64,000 bases of DNA from a bacterium (GTDB lineage Bacteria; Patescibacteriota; Patescibacteriia; UBA1558; GWA2-36-10): positions 1,487-65,486 of the forward strand of contig JABIAL010000037.1 in the NCBI GenBank assembly GCA_018653315.1, written 5' to 3'. Position 1 is the stretch's first letter; each line of letters starts with the position of its first letter. Shown one piece after another: positions 21,394-32,667 of the stretch. A program made the translations under genes and the position numbers. Under the pieces are notes generated by a model. The model was not told the origin of the DNA, made no database searches, and was given only the letters and a program-made list of their open reading frames with translations.

Positions 21394-24318
21394 TTAATTT
21401 TTCTTAGCGAAAGGACAAATCTTATTAAAATCACAAGTGCTACACATAAAACCCGGTGTAGCCGTAAAATCTCCTGTCAAAATATTAGCAATGGTATCTA
21501 GTATCCATTTTTTAGTTTTATCTAATTCCTTTTCAGTTCCCAAAAAAGAAACTTCCGTATTATTTGTCAGATAATAAAAAGTAAGAGCTTTAACTGGCAC
21601 CTTAAAAACTTCTTTGGCTGCTATCTGATAAATTAATAACTGTTTTTTATCTTCAAATGTAATCTTATCTACTTTTGGTTTACCAGTTTTATAATCAATC
21701 AACTCCCACTTCCCTTCTGTGTCGACATCAACTCGATCAAAAACACCATACAAAGAATAATCACCAATCTTTATATTAGCTCCTTTTTCCAAAAATAATG
21801 GCACTGGCCAATTGCCTTTAAATTTCTGATAAAATTCTTTTAAAATCTTATCCCCTTCTTTTTGATAACGTTCTTTTTCTGTCTGACCATTATACCAATC
21901 ATCAATCCACGACTCTTTATAATAATTCATCAAGTCTTCTAAGCTTGGATCTGTGGTTTTATGATCCTGACCAAATAAATCAGCTTGAGTTTTTTGCCGA
22001 CGATTAATAACATCTTGAAAAAACTTTTGTAAAGTAGAATGCATTGTTTTACCAAAACTAAAAACTGCCTTTCCTTTACCACGAAGTTTAACTATATGCG
22101 AATAATAATATTGTCGCGGACAAGTTTCATAGGCCTTAAGTTGTGAAAAAGAAAATCTCTTGGGAATGGCATTTTTTATCTGCTCCAAAGGCAAGTCAAT
22201 TTTATTCGGTTCCTTGATATCTTTACCGGGAACTACTTTAGAGGCTATTTTAATCTCCTCAAGAAATCTAGATGGCTTACGCTCACGAGAGCCTCCGTAG
22301 TCTTTGGCCCAAGTCAAATAAACTGCCTGTTTAGCTCTGGTTAAAGCAACATAAAACAATCTTCGCTCTTCCTGCAAATGAGCATCACCACTCGGCAATT
22401 GTTCTTTGATAAACTCTTCTGGTATAGAAATAGGATCCCGTCTTTGGGTACTTGGAAAACGTAAATGTACTAAATTAGTAATAAACACATACTTAAACTC
22501 TAAACCCTTGGATCCATGAATGGTCATTACCTTAATAGCATCGGGGCCAGCATCCGCATCCTGTTTTATTGAGCCTTGCTCTCCAGACTCTAGCTCCATG
22601 TCCATTTGAGTCAAAAATTGATGCACCGAACCATCCAGTGCTTCTTCTTCCCATGATCGTACTTTTCTAAAAAACTGATTCAAAAAGTTTAATTGTTCGC
22701 GTGTATATTGTGTTTCTTCTAAAGTAATTAACTTCAAATAGCCACTATCTTCCAACCAAGTATAAATAACTTGTGAGACTGGTTTGTCTTTGGATAATTC
22801 GGTATGAGTTTTTATTTGAGCCAAAATTTCATCAATAATTCTACTCTGCCCAACCGGTAAATTAATATGTCCTCTATATGCTTTGAGCGTATAATACAAA
22901 CTCCAACTTTTTCTATTAGCCAGATGATTAAGATGAATTAAAGTCTGAATATCAATATTAAAACAAGGCAAACTCAAAACTCTAAACAAAGCCGGTGACT
23001 CATGATAATTATCTAATAACTTCAAATAAGCTACGATATCCAAAACAATATCCTGAGCATATAAACCACGAGAAGCTAAAAACTGATGTGGCCAGCCAAT
23101 TTTTCGCATCATACTGACAAAACCAGCTGCCTGATCGTTGGCTCTGACTAAAATGGCAAAATCCGACCATTGCGCTTCTTTGTCTTTTTTCTTGATTTCA
23201 GCAATCTGCTGTAAGACACCATCGATCTCAGAATTTTTATCTGTATACGATAAAACCTTAACCTGTCCTTTTGTTTTATTATGACCGGTTAATTTTTTAT
23301 CTAATTTTTTATTGCCAACTTTAAGCTGTGCTTCTAAACGATCTGGATTATTTAGCTGAATAAAATTATATGCTTTATCTAAAATATTTTGACCAGAACG
23401 ATAATTATCTGTTAAGAAAATTTGTTTAGCTTTTGGATAATCTTTTTGGAAACTTAAAATATTAGAAATAGCAGCTCCTCTAAATTTATATACCGCCTGA
23501 TCATCATCGCCAACCACCATTAAATTATTATTTGGTGCTGCTAAAATTTTAATCAGTTCATATTGAGCCCAATTGGTATCTTGAAACTCATCAACTAAAA
23601 TATACTTAAATTGTTTTCTAAATTGTTCTAAAATTTGTGGACGTTCTTGAAATAACTTGAGTGTATAATTTATTAGATCTCCAAAATCCATAGCATTATT
23701 GTCTAACAATAATTGCTGATAAACATGGTAAGCATTAGCCACTTCTTTAGCTCGATTTATTTCCATCTCTACATCTTCCCGATCAGCCGCAGAATCTGAA
23801 TCTAACTGTAGATTTTCTGCATACTCTAAATAATTTTCCGGGTAAACCACCTCATCTTTGCAACGAGAAAAGTGACTTAATAAAGCATGAATAAATTTAG
23901 TTGGATTACCTAAAGGCTGGTAATAATTTAATTCAAATTTATCTAGATTATTCCGCACCAACATCCAAGTTGCTGTTGTGTCTAAAAGCTTAAAATCATT
24001 AGACAAGCCAATGTCCAAAGCATAATCTTTGAGTACTTTCTCAGCAAAACCATGAAAAGTGTGAATCCATAATTCTGAATAACCTAAGGGCAAAAGCTTA
24101 TCTACCCGCTCTTCCATTTCAGCGGCTGCTTTTTCGGTAAAAGTGACCGCTAAGATCTCCTCTGGCTTGGCTTTTTTCTTGACTATCAAGTGAGCAATAC
24201 GTTGGGTAATTACAGTTGTTTTACCGGTTCCTGCTCCAGCAATCAAAATAACAGGGCCTTTATCGTGAATAACGGCCTGTTTTTGGGCTGGATTTAACTT
24301 AGATAGGTTTATAGGCAT
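21394..24318 (-). CDS. UvrD/PcrA-family helicase fused to a PD-(D/E)XK nuclease
   Basis: AGAGTGKT, VDEFQD, VGDDDQ, NYRS, TIHGSKGLEF, EERRLFYVALTRA; C-terminal DRVD..IDYKTG and four Cys. Confidence 0.93.
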   Translation of the reverse strand: MPINLSKLNPAQKQAVIHDKGPVILIAGAGTGKTTVITQRIAHLIVKKKAKPEEILAVTFTEKAAAEMEERVDKLLPLGYSELWIHTFHGFAEKVLKDYALDIGLSNDFKLLDTTATWMLVRNNLDKFELNYYQPLGNPTKFIHALLSHFSRCKDEVVYPENYLEYAENLQLDSDSAADREDVEMEINRAKEVANAYHVYQQLLLDNNAMDFGDLINYTLKLFQERPQILEQFRKQFKYILVDEFQDTNWAQYELIKILAAPNNNLMVVGDDDQAVYKFRGAAISNILSFQKDYPKAKQIFLTDNYRSGQNILDKAYNFIQLNNPDRLEAQLKVGNKKLDKKLTGHNKTKGQVKVLSYTDKNSEIDGVLQQIAEIKKKDKEAQWSDFAILVRANDQAAGFVSMMRKIGWPHQFLASRGLYAQDIVLDIVAYLKLLDNYHESPALFRVLSLPCFNIDIQTLIHLNHLANRKSWSLYYTLKAYRGHINLPVGQSRIIDEILAQIKTHTELSKDKPVSQVIYTWLEDSGYLKLITLEETQYTREQLNFLNQFFRKVRSWEEEALDGSVHQFLTQMDMELESGEQGSIKQDADAGPDAIKVMTIHGSKGLEFKYVFITNLVHLRFPSTQRRDPISIPEEFIKEQLPSGDAHLQEERRLFYVALTRAKQAVYLTWAKDYGGSRERKPSRFLEEIKIASKVVPGKDIKEPNKIDLPLEQIKNAIPKRFSFSQLKAYETCPRQYYYSHIVKLRGKGKAVFSFGKTMHSTLQKFFQDVINRRQKTQADLFGQDHKTTDPSLEDLMNYYKESWIDDWYNGQTEKERYQKEGDKILKEFYQKFKGNWPVPLFLEKGANIKIGDYSLYGVFDRVDVDTEGKWELIDYKTGKPKVDKITFEDKKQLLIYQIAAKEVFKVPVKALTFYYLTNNTEVSFLGTEKELDKTKKWILDTIANILTGDFTATPGFMCSTCDFNKICPFAKKN

Positions 24319-24351
24319 ATAGTCTATTTTAGCAGATATTAGATTTTTGGC

Positions 24352-24382
24352 AAAAGAAAAAGACGATCTATTCAGATCGCCT
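24352..24382 (-). terminator. Intrinsic terminator
   Basis: Minus strand aggcgatct-gaat-agatcgtct followed by a T-tract. Confidence 0.65.
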
Positions 24383-24402
24383 AATAATCCTATGCTATCA
24401 CA

Positions 24403-24807
24403 TTATTGACATTGCCAACTTTCAACTTCAATGGCAGTACCACAATAACTATTTCTTGTCCCCACTTCTTTACTACATGGACCAACATTTTCTTTTAGCA
24501 CGCCCGAAATAAAAACTTCTTCCTGGCAATCTATCTTTACATCTGAAATTAATATAGTTTGTCCAAAATCAGTACTCCAATAAGATTGTTTTTTGTCAAA
24601 ACTAATAATTGGATGGTTTGACATAGCGTAACCTTCATTATAAGTTGCTGTTATCTGTATCATTTTTTCATGACATTCTTCATTAATATAATCACAAAAT
24701 TTATCTTTTGTTTCATTATTTTGAATATTATTTGATGGTAAAGATGGATTGTTACAACCAGATAAAATAAAAAATGCTAAGAAAAACAGTACAACTTTTA
24801 TTTTCAT
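24403..24807 (-). CDS. Cys-rich lipoprotein
   Basis: Lipobox LSGC; six further Cys. Confidence 0.75.
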   Translation of the reverse strand: MKIKVVLFFLAFFILSGCNNPSLPSNNIQNNETKDKFCDYINEECHEKMIQITATYNEGYAMSNHPIISFDKKQSYWSTDFGQTILISDVKIDCQEEVFISGVLKENVGPCSKEVGTRNSYCGTAIEVESWQCQ

Positions 24808-24881
24808 ATTTTTTACTACTAATTAAAATTAACTCTCTGTTATCATCAACTCTAACATAAGATAAAATATTAAGCAAAAAT

Positions 24882-24908
24882 AAAAAACCGCCCAAATGAA
24901 TAGACGGC
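24882..24908 (-). terminator. Terminator of the atp operon
   Basis: Minus strand gccgtcta-ttcatt-tgggcggt followed by T-tract. Confidence 0.65.
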
Positions 24909-24916
24909 AAATGAAT

Positions 24917-25366
24917 TTATTCGATTGTCTGATATTCCAAACCTTGTGGCACTGGTTTAGAATAAGCCATGATAATTTCTAAATCATCTGGTAACTCTTT
25001 GGCCAAAATATCTTTGACTGCTTGTAAATCTTGGCAATATTTTTTCTCTTCTGCTGAAGTATCTGTAAAAGATTTACTGCCGCCATAGCCACCACAGTCC
25101 CAATGCCATAAGAGTAAAAGCTTCTTAATCTTATGTAAACCACGAGAAACAGAAACAATGTGTTCTACAAATTCTGTTTTGAAACCATTTTGACGTAGCA
25201 CTGCTTTGGCAGCACCTGGCCAAGAGTATAAATCAAAATCTGCAAAACCCAAACCTTTTTCAATAAACTCTTGATCACTTGTACGAAAACGAAAATCGAC
25301 ACACTTGATCACAGCCAGTGGACACTCGTGTTTATCGAGATTGTCATTTGGAACAGTAAATTTCAT
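24917..25366 (-). CDS. Beta-carbonic-anhydrase-like protein
   Basis: CVDFR and HWDCGGYG match the CxDxR...HxxC Zn-binding pattern; start at 25366 avoids overlap with atpC. Confidence 0.75.
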   Translation of the reverse strand: MKFTVPNDNLDKHECPLAVIKCVDFRFRTSDQEFIEKGLGFADFDLYSWPGAAKAVLRQNGFKTEFVEHIVSVSRGLHKIKKLLLLWHWDCGGYGGSKSFTDTSAEEKKYCQDLQAVKDILAKELPDDLEIIMAYSKPVPQGLEYQTIE

Positions 25367-25376
25367 AAGTCTTCCC

Positions 25377-25814
25377 TTAATGTTTACCGGTACGAATACC
25401 TTTATGTTTATATTTGCGAACAATACGCAAACGATTCATTTCTTTTTCCAAATTAGCAGTTAGTGCTGCAAACTCTGCGCTGTCTACTTTTTTATCTTGC
25501 AAAGCATCTTCGGCCCGTTTTCTAGCTTCTTCAGCCCGATCTTCATCTATCTCCGCTACATTCTCTACTCGATCAGCCAAAATAATGACTTGTCCTGGAA
25601 CTACTTCAACAAAACCACCAAAAACAGCCATTAGATTTTCTTCTTTACCTTGCTGTTTAACCACAATCTCTCCAGCTGCTAATTGGCTAACCAGAGGCAC
25701 ATGATTAGATAAAATAGTAATTTGACCAGTACTAGAAGTGACTGAAACCTGACTAACCTTATCGGTTAATACTACTTTTTCTGGGGTAACAATTTTTAAT
25801 GTAAAATCTTTCAT
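25377..25814 (-). CDS. atpC: ATP synthase epsilon subunit
   Basis: IVTPE, GQITILSNH.PL, GGFVEV, C-terminal helices. Confidence 0.96.
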   Translation of the reverse strand: MKDFTLKIVTPEKVVLTDKVSQVSVTSSTGQITILSNHVPLVSQLAAGEIVVKQQGKEENLMAVFGGFVEVVPGQVIILADRVENVAEIDEDRAEEARKRAEDALQDKKVDSAEFAALTANLEKEMNRLRIVRKYKHKGIRTGKH

Positions 25815-25837
25815 TGAGCTTGGCTATCTTAAACCTT

Positions 25838-27214
<1,377 letters not shown>

Positions 27215-27223
27215 TTATTCAAT

Positions 27224-28138
27224 TTATTCTAAAGCGGCTGCACCAGCAGAAATCTCTGCTAACTCAGCAGTAATATTAGCTTGTCTAGCCTGATTATATA
27301 TTAATGTTAATTCGTTTATCATATCTGTTGCAGCATCTGAAGCATTACGCATAGCAAACATGCGAGCTGAATGTTCTGAAGCTTCACTTTCTAAAACTGC
27401 CTGAAATAATTGCATTTCAATTAATTTTGGTAAAAATGAATTCAAGATTTCTTCTCTGCTTGGTTCAAAGGTAAATTCAGCAATCTCATCAATATCTACA
27501 TGTTCTTTATTCTTTTTTTCGTGAATGATGTGCCCCAATCGTTCGTCAATATGTGAAGAAAAAGGTAATAATTGTTTAACATGAGCTATTTGTTTTAAAG
27601 AGGACATAAAATCCATATAAGCCACAAATACCTTATCGTATTTTTCGGCTTTAAATTCTTTGACTAATAAATGCGCTATTGGTAAAACATCAACTGAATT
27701 TTCTGTAATATCATTTTTTGGAAAATCAGCTATCAGATTCAAATTTTTGCGTATAACCTCTTCTCTGCCCTTAACGCCGAAAGTAATAATATCTGTATTG
27801 GTAACTTCTGGAGCATGTATCTTGATAGAATCAATAACTTTTTGTACTAATTGTCCATTAAAACTGCCACACAAGCCTCGATTGGTACTAACTAAGATAA
27901 TAGCTATGTTCTTTGTTTCTTTGGCCTCTCTAAAAAATGGATGTCCACTTGTATCTACTTTTTTTACCAAACGTAAAATCATATCCCAAGATAAATCGGC
28001 ATAACTACGAGTACTCAAAACTCTACTAATTGCTTTACGCATTTTAGCTGCCGAAACCAACTCCATCGCTTTAGTAATTTTGTTGGTACTTTTAACCGAC
28101 TTTATCCTTCTTTTAATATCTCCTGTGCCTTGTGACAT
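27224..28138 (-). CDS. atpG: ATP synthase gamma subunit
   Basis: KITKAMELVSAAK, RGLCG, ARQANIT.E. Confidence 0.98.
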   Translation of the reverse strand: MSQGTGDIKRRIKSVKSTNKITKAMELVSAAKMRKAISRVLSTRSYADLSWDMILRLVKKVDTSGHPFFREAKETKNIAIILVSTNRGLCGSFNGQLVQKVIDSIKIHAPEVTNTDIITFGVKGREEVIRKNLNLIADFPKNDITENSVDVLPIAHLLVKEFKAEKYDKVFVAYMDFMSSLKQIAHVKQLLPFSSHIDERLGHIIHEKKNKEHVDIDEIAEFTFEPSREEILNSFLPKLIEMQLFQAVLESEASEHSARMFAMRNASDAATDMINELTLIYNQARQANITAELAEISAGAAALE

Positions 28139-28140
28139 AC

Positions 28141-29661
28141 TTATTCTGTTTTAGTAAATGTACTTACTAAATCTTCAATAATTGTTTTTAACTTTTCTTC
28201 TAATTTTTCATCCAAAACGCCCTCCGTTTCAATATTTTTTAAAATATCTTGACCTTCAGCGTCTAATTTAATAAATAATTGCCCCTCAAACTTAGAAATA
28301 TCTGTCACCGGAATATTATCTGTATAACCATTACTAACCGCATAAATAATAGCCACCTGTTTATTCTGATCTATTGGTGAAAATTGAGGTTGTTTCAAAA
28401 CTTCAGTAATACGCGCTCCTCTATTTAACTGTTGTTTAGTAGCATCATCCAAATCTGAACCAAATTGAGCAAAGGCTTCTAATTCACGATATTGAGCTAA
28501 ATCTAATTTCAATTTACCAGCTACTTTTTTCATAGCTTTAATTTGAGCAGCTGAACCAACACGTGATACTGACAAACCAGCATTTAAAGCTGGGCGAATA
28601 CCCTTGTAAAACAAATCTGTTTCTAAGAAAATTTGACCATCAGTAATAGAAATAACATTAGTTGGAATATATGCTGAAATATCACCAGCTTGGGTTTCAA
28701 TAATTGGCAATGAAGTCAACGAACCACCGCCTTCTTTATCGCTCATTTTAGCTGAACGTTCTAATAAACGAGAATGTAAATAAAAAACATCTCCCGGATA
28801 AGCCTCACGTCCTGGTGGACGACGTAATAATAAAGAAATTTGTCTATATGCTACTGCATGTTTAGATAAATCATCATAAATTACCAAAACATCTTTTCCT
28901 TTTTCCATGAAATACTCAGCTATAGCCGTACCTGTGTATGGTGAAATATACGATAAAGAAGCTGAATGAGAAGCACCAGCTACAACGACAGTAGTGTAAT
29001 CCATGGCGCCAGTCTCTTCCAATTTAGCCACAATCTTGGCAACCTTTGATTCTTTTTGTCCGATAGCTACATAGACACAAATAACATCTTTTCCTTTTTG
29101 ATTGATAACAGTATCAATGGCCAAAGCAGGCTTACCTGTTTGACGATCACCGATAATCAACTCACGTTGTCCTTTACCAATTGGGATAATAGAGTCAATA
29201 ACTTTAATACCGGTCTGTAATGGCTGATGCACTGATTGTCTAGTAATAACACCAGGAGCTATCTTTTCTACTGGATAAAAATCTTTAGTCTTAATATCAC
29301 CCTTACCATCAATAGCTTCACCCAAGGCATTAACCACACGGCCGACAACTGCCTCACCAACTGGAACTTCTAAAATTCTCTTAGTGCGACGTACTTTATC
29401 TCCTTCTTTCAAAACTTGGTAATCACCCAAGATAATAGCACCAATAGAAAATTCTTCTAAATTCAAAGCAACGCCGTAAATTTTTTCTCCAGTGCTAGAC
29501 TCAAACTCCAGCATCTCAGAAGCCATGGTCTCGTTCAAACCAGACACACTAGCAATACCATCACCTATTTCAATGATCTCGCCAACTGTTTCTTCTTTGA
29601 CATCACCCTGCCAATCTTCAAGTTGCTGTTGTAAATTTTTGATTAAATATTCGTAAGACAT
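28141..29661 (-). CDS. atpA: ATP synthase alpha subunit
   Basis: [35 protein letters not shown]; P-loop Thr reads as Pro. Confidence 0.98.
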   Translation of the reverse strand: MSYEYLIKNLQQQLEDWQGDVKEETVGEIIEIGDGIASVSGLNETMASEMLEFESSTGEKIYGVALNLEEFSIGAIILGDYQVLKEGDKVRRTKRILEVPVGEAVVGRVVNALGEAIDGKGDIKTKDFYPVEKIAPGVITRQSVHQPLQTGIKVIDSIIPIGKGQRELIIGDRQTGKPALAIDTVINQKGKDVICVYVAIGQKESKVAKIVAKLEETGAMDYTTVVVAGASHSASLSYISPYTGTAIAEYFMEKGKDVLVIYDDLSKHAVAYRQISLLLRRPPGREAYPGDVFYLHSRLLERSAKMSDKEGGGSLTSLPIIETQAGDISAYIPTNVISITDGQIFLETDLFYKGIRPALNAGLSVSRVGSAAQIKAMKKVAGKLKLDLAQYRELEAFAQFGSDLDDATKQQLNRGARITEVLKQPQFSPIDQNKQVAIIYAVSNGYTDNIPVTDISKFEGQLFIKLDAEGQDILKNIETEGVLDEKLEEKLKTIIEDLVSTFTKTE

Positions 29662-29686
29662 CTTTTTTACTTTATTAATATTATAA

Positions 29687-30091
29687 TTAATTTTCTAATT
29701 GTTTTGCTAATTTGTTAATTTTAGTTTTAATTGAAGCATCAATCATCTTATCATCATAGCGTAGTATTACACCACCGATAATATCTTCATCTACACGATT
29801 AGTTAAATCTATTTCTTTAGCTAATCTTTTTTTCATTGTCGCTGTTAACTTATCGAGCACATCAGTTGATAATCCATCTTTAGCAGTAACCTTAACGCCA
29901 ACTGTATCAGTAGCTTGATAATACAAATTTTTCACAGCTACAATGATCTTTGGTAGTAAAGGAGTTAATTTGTGCTCTTTTAAATAAACTATAAAATTAT
30001 CAACAACCTTATTGGCTTTTTGTTTATCTTTATCTGCTAAGCTCAAAAATACAGCTTTAGCTAAAATTGTAGCTTGTTCTGCTGGTTTCAT
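29687..30091 (-). CDS. atpH: ATP synthase delta subunit (short form)
   Basis: VDEDIIGG..L...DKMIDAS C-terminus; operon position. Confidence 0.9.
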   Translation of the reverse strand: MKPAEQATILAKAVFLSLADKDKQKANKVVDNFIVYLKEHKLTPLLPKIIVAVKNLYYQATDTVGVKVTAKDGLSTDVLDKLTATMKKRLAKEIDLTNRVDEDIIGGVILRYDDKMIDASIKTKINKLAKQLEN

Positions 30092-30585
30092 TATTTTAAT
30101 TCTTTCAAAGTTTTTTCAATATATTTTTGATCAATATCCTTACTTAGTCCTTCGGATAAAATCTGTTGCAAAGCCTTAGTTAATAATCCGGCAATTTCTG
30201 TTTTAGCACCATTAACTAAATCTTTCTTTTCAGCAGCAATCTGCTCTTTAGCTTTTTTGACTACTTCTGCTACTTCATTTTTAGTTTGTTCTAAACTATC
30301 TTGATGATTACTTTCTGACTGTTTTTTAGCTTGCTCCAAAATTTCTATTGCCTCAGCTTTGGTTTCCTGCAATTTGATTTTAACATCATGTTCTACCTCT
30401 TCTATCTTGTCAGCTGCTGCTTTGGCATCATCTAAGCCTTTACTTATTTCTGCATTTCTAGATTCCATCGTCTTCATCAATGGCTTAATGGCAAATTTCC
30501 ACAAAACCAATAAGACGATAACAAAGTTTACTAACTGAGCTATCATTAATCTCCAATCAACGCCAAATAATTCTAAAATTTCCAT
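30091..30585 (-). CDS. atpF: ATP synthase b subunit
   Basis: AQLVNF..L..L.KF..KP plus coiled coil. Confidence 0.95.
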   Translation of the reverse strand: MEILELFGVDWRLMIAQLVNFVIVLLVLWKFAIKPLMKTMESRNAEISKGLDDAKAAADKIEEVEHDVKIKLQETKAEAIEILEQAKKQSESNHQDSLEQTKNEVAEVVKKAKEQIAAEKKDLVNGAKTEIAGLLTKALQQILSEGLSKDIDQKYIEKTLKELK

Positions 30586-30651
30586 TTTTAATTCATTTTA
30601 ATTACTCTCTTCTGGCTCAAATATCTTTGAACCAGTAAGAATAATCAAAGA

Positions 30652-30867
<216 letters not shown>

Positions 30868-30960
30868 CTAATCTCCTTAAAATAATCTGATTCGTCAAAT
30901 TATATTAATTAATAATTATTGGCTGAATACTAAATAATATCCAATCAATAGTTATTAATT

Positions 30961-31842
30961 TTAATGATCATGCGCAGTAGCGGCGATCGTAAAATATACC
31001 AAAGTTAAGATAGCAAAAATCAAAGCCTGAATCAAGCCAACGATCACCTCTAAAAACATAAAAGGCAAGGGTAAACCAAAGGCTAAAATAGCGGAAATGG
31101 AAGCTAATAAAACTTCGCCCGCAAAAACATTACCAAATAAACGAAAAGACAAAGAAGCAATTTTAGCGACTTCGGAAATTACTTCAATTAAGCCGACAAA
31201 AAATGAAATTGGATTGATTAAAACAATCGTTGGTTCTTTTTTAATCTTCTTAGGAATAGCTAAAATAGCCTTGATATTTATGAATTTATTAAAATAATTC
31301 CAGCCACCGACAACCATCACACCAAAAATATTGGCAGCAATTACGGCAAATAAACTCAAAGCTAAAGTGGTATTCAAATCAGCTGTACCACCTCGAAAAA
31401 TATGATGACCATTAAAACTAATTGAGCCAATACCAGGTATTAATCCTAACCAATTATTTACCAAAATAAAAATAAAAACAGCAAAAATTATAGGAAAAAG
31501 CTTCTTACTTCTAGATCGATCATTGGTCACTAAATCCATCATATTCAAAGCACCCTCTACTACTAATTCTATAATACTTTGAAATATTGAAGGAATTCTT
31601 TTGGTTTTTTTACGAATTGCCAAAGAAAGTAAAATAATTAAAAACACTGCTACCCAAGAGGTAAGCAATGAGTTGGTTACAGGAAAATTGCCGATATGTA
31701 CAATCGGTTCTGCATACAAAGTAAGCTCATGCCCTTCTTCAGCATGTTCTTCTGACGCATGTTGGTTTTCACCTATTTCTACATCATGTAAAACTTCTGG
31801 CTCCGAATGTGTAGGTTCTGAATTGTGATTATCTGTAGACAT
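30961..31842 (-). CDS. atpB: ATP synthase a subunit
   Basis: NWLGLIPG, TADLNTT, SLSFRLFGN..AGE, IQALIF. Confidence 0.97.
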   Translation of the reverse strand: MSTDNHNSEPTHSEPEVLHDVEIGENQHASEEHAEEGHELTLYAEPIVHIGNFPVTNSLLTSWVAVFLIILLSLAIRKKTKRIPSIFQSIIELVVEGALNMMDLVTNDRSRSKKLFPIIFAVFIFILVNNWLGLIPGIGSISFNGHHIFRGGTADLNTTLALSLFAVIAANIFGVMVVGGWNYFNKFINIKAILAIPKKIKKEPTIVLINPISFFVGLIEVISEVAKIASLSFRLFGNVFAGEVLLASISAILAFGLPLPFMFLEVIVGLIQALIFAILTLVYFTIAATAHDH

Positions 31843-32234
31843 TATTTGTTTTCTTTATCATCCTGCTTATCCTCCGAAACTTTAGTGAAGGAGGAAGTGT
31901 TAACTGAAGGATCATCCTGCTTGTCCTTTGGAGCTTCAGCGGAAGAGGAAATGTTAGCCGAAGGGGTCTCTCCTGAGCTTGCCGAAGGATTAACTATTTT
32001 TAAATATTTTGCACCAACTAAACTAACACCAACACAGGAAATTACAAACGCTAAGGCAGTTAAGCCGAAAAAATATAAATTCCCTGTCTCTTGTCTTTGG
32101 TCTAGCCAACGCCCTAAAAACAAAGCACCAATAATTGGCAAGACTATCCAGGTGGTCATTTCAGTAAAAATAATTAAGGCTAATTTATTATACTCTTTAT
32201 CTTTACTATTTTTAAATTTATTGATCCAAGACAT
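31842..32234 (-). CDS. AtpZ/AtpI-like membrane protein with repeat-derived tail
   Basis: Two TM helices with LGRWLD motif; directly upstream of atpB; polar ~50-aa tail. Confidence 0.75.
   Translation of the reverse strand: MSWINKFKNSKDKEYNKLALIIFTEMTTWIVLPIIGALFLGRWLDQRQETGNLYFFGLTALAFVISCVGVSLVGAKYLKIVNPSASSGETPSANISSSAEAPKDKQDDPSVNTSSFTKVSEDKQDDKENK
31857..31989. repeat. Two tandem 54-bp palindrome-containing units plus a REP-like hairpin
   Basis: 31857-31910 versus 31911-31964 are 42/54 identical; tcctgagcttgccgaagga at 31971-31989. Confidence 0.8.
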
Positions 32235-32237
32235 ATA

Positions 32238-32540
32238 CTACTCTTTATTCACCGGAAATTCAGAAAATTCTTGTTCTGTTATTTGACCAATCTCAGTTAA
32301 TTCATCTGAATAAGCGCCAACTACACCATCTACTTCTTTCATTATAGAAATATAAATTACTATTAGTGCCGTAACAATATCCGATAAAATCAAAATGACT
32401 GGTAACCAAGTATACTTCTGGCATAGACCCTTTAACCATGGTATTTCATACAGATAAACGCTAGCCACCACGAAAATAGCAATTATTAGAATAATGCGGA
32501 AAATAAAAAAACTAGGGTGACCCATCTGTTTTAATGCCAT
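32238..32540 (-). CDS. Hypothetical two-TM protein at the head of the atp operon
   Basis: Two hydrophobic helices; 3 bp from the next gene. Confidence 0.7.
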   Translation of the reverse strand: MALKQMGHPSFFIFRIILIIAIFVVASVYLYEIPWLKGLCQKYTWLPVILILSDIVTALIVIYISIMKEVDGVVGAYSDELTEIGQITEQEFSEFPVNKE

Positions 32541-32667
32541 GATTTATAAATAATTTAGTCTCTCAAATAACAAAAGGCGACATCAGTATATACTGAAACA
32601 CGCCCCAAGTCAAGATATTTTTAAAAAATTAGGTACTTTATTAGCTTATTTTAGCAATGCGCTAAAT

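Noticed and set aside
31857-31964. CRISPR-like array
   Set aside because: Only two adjacent diverged units, no spacers, in frame within a CDS, and no cas genes.
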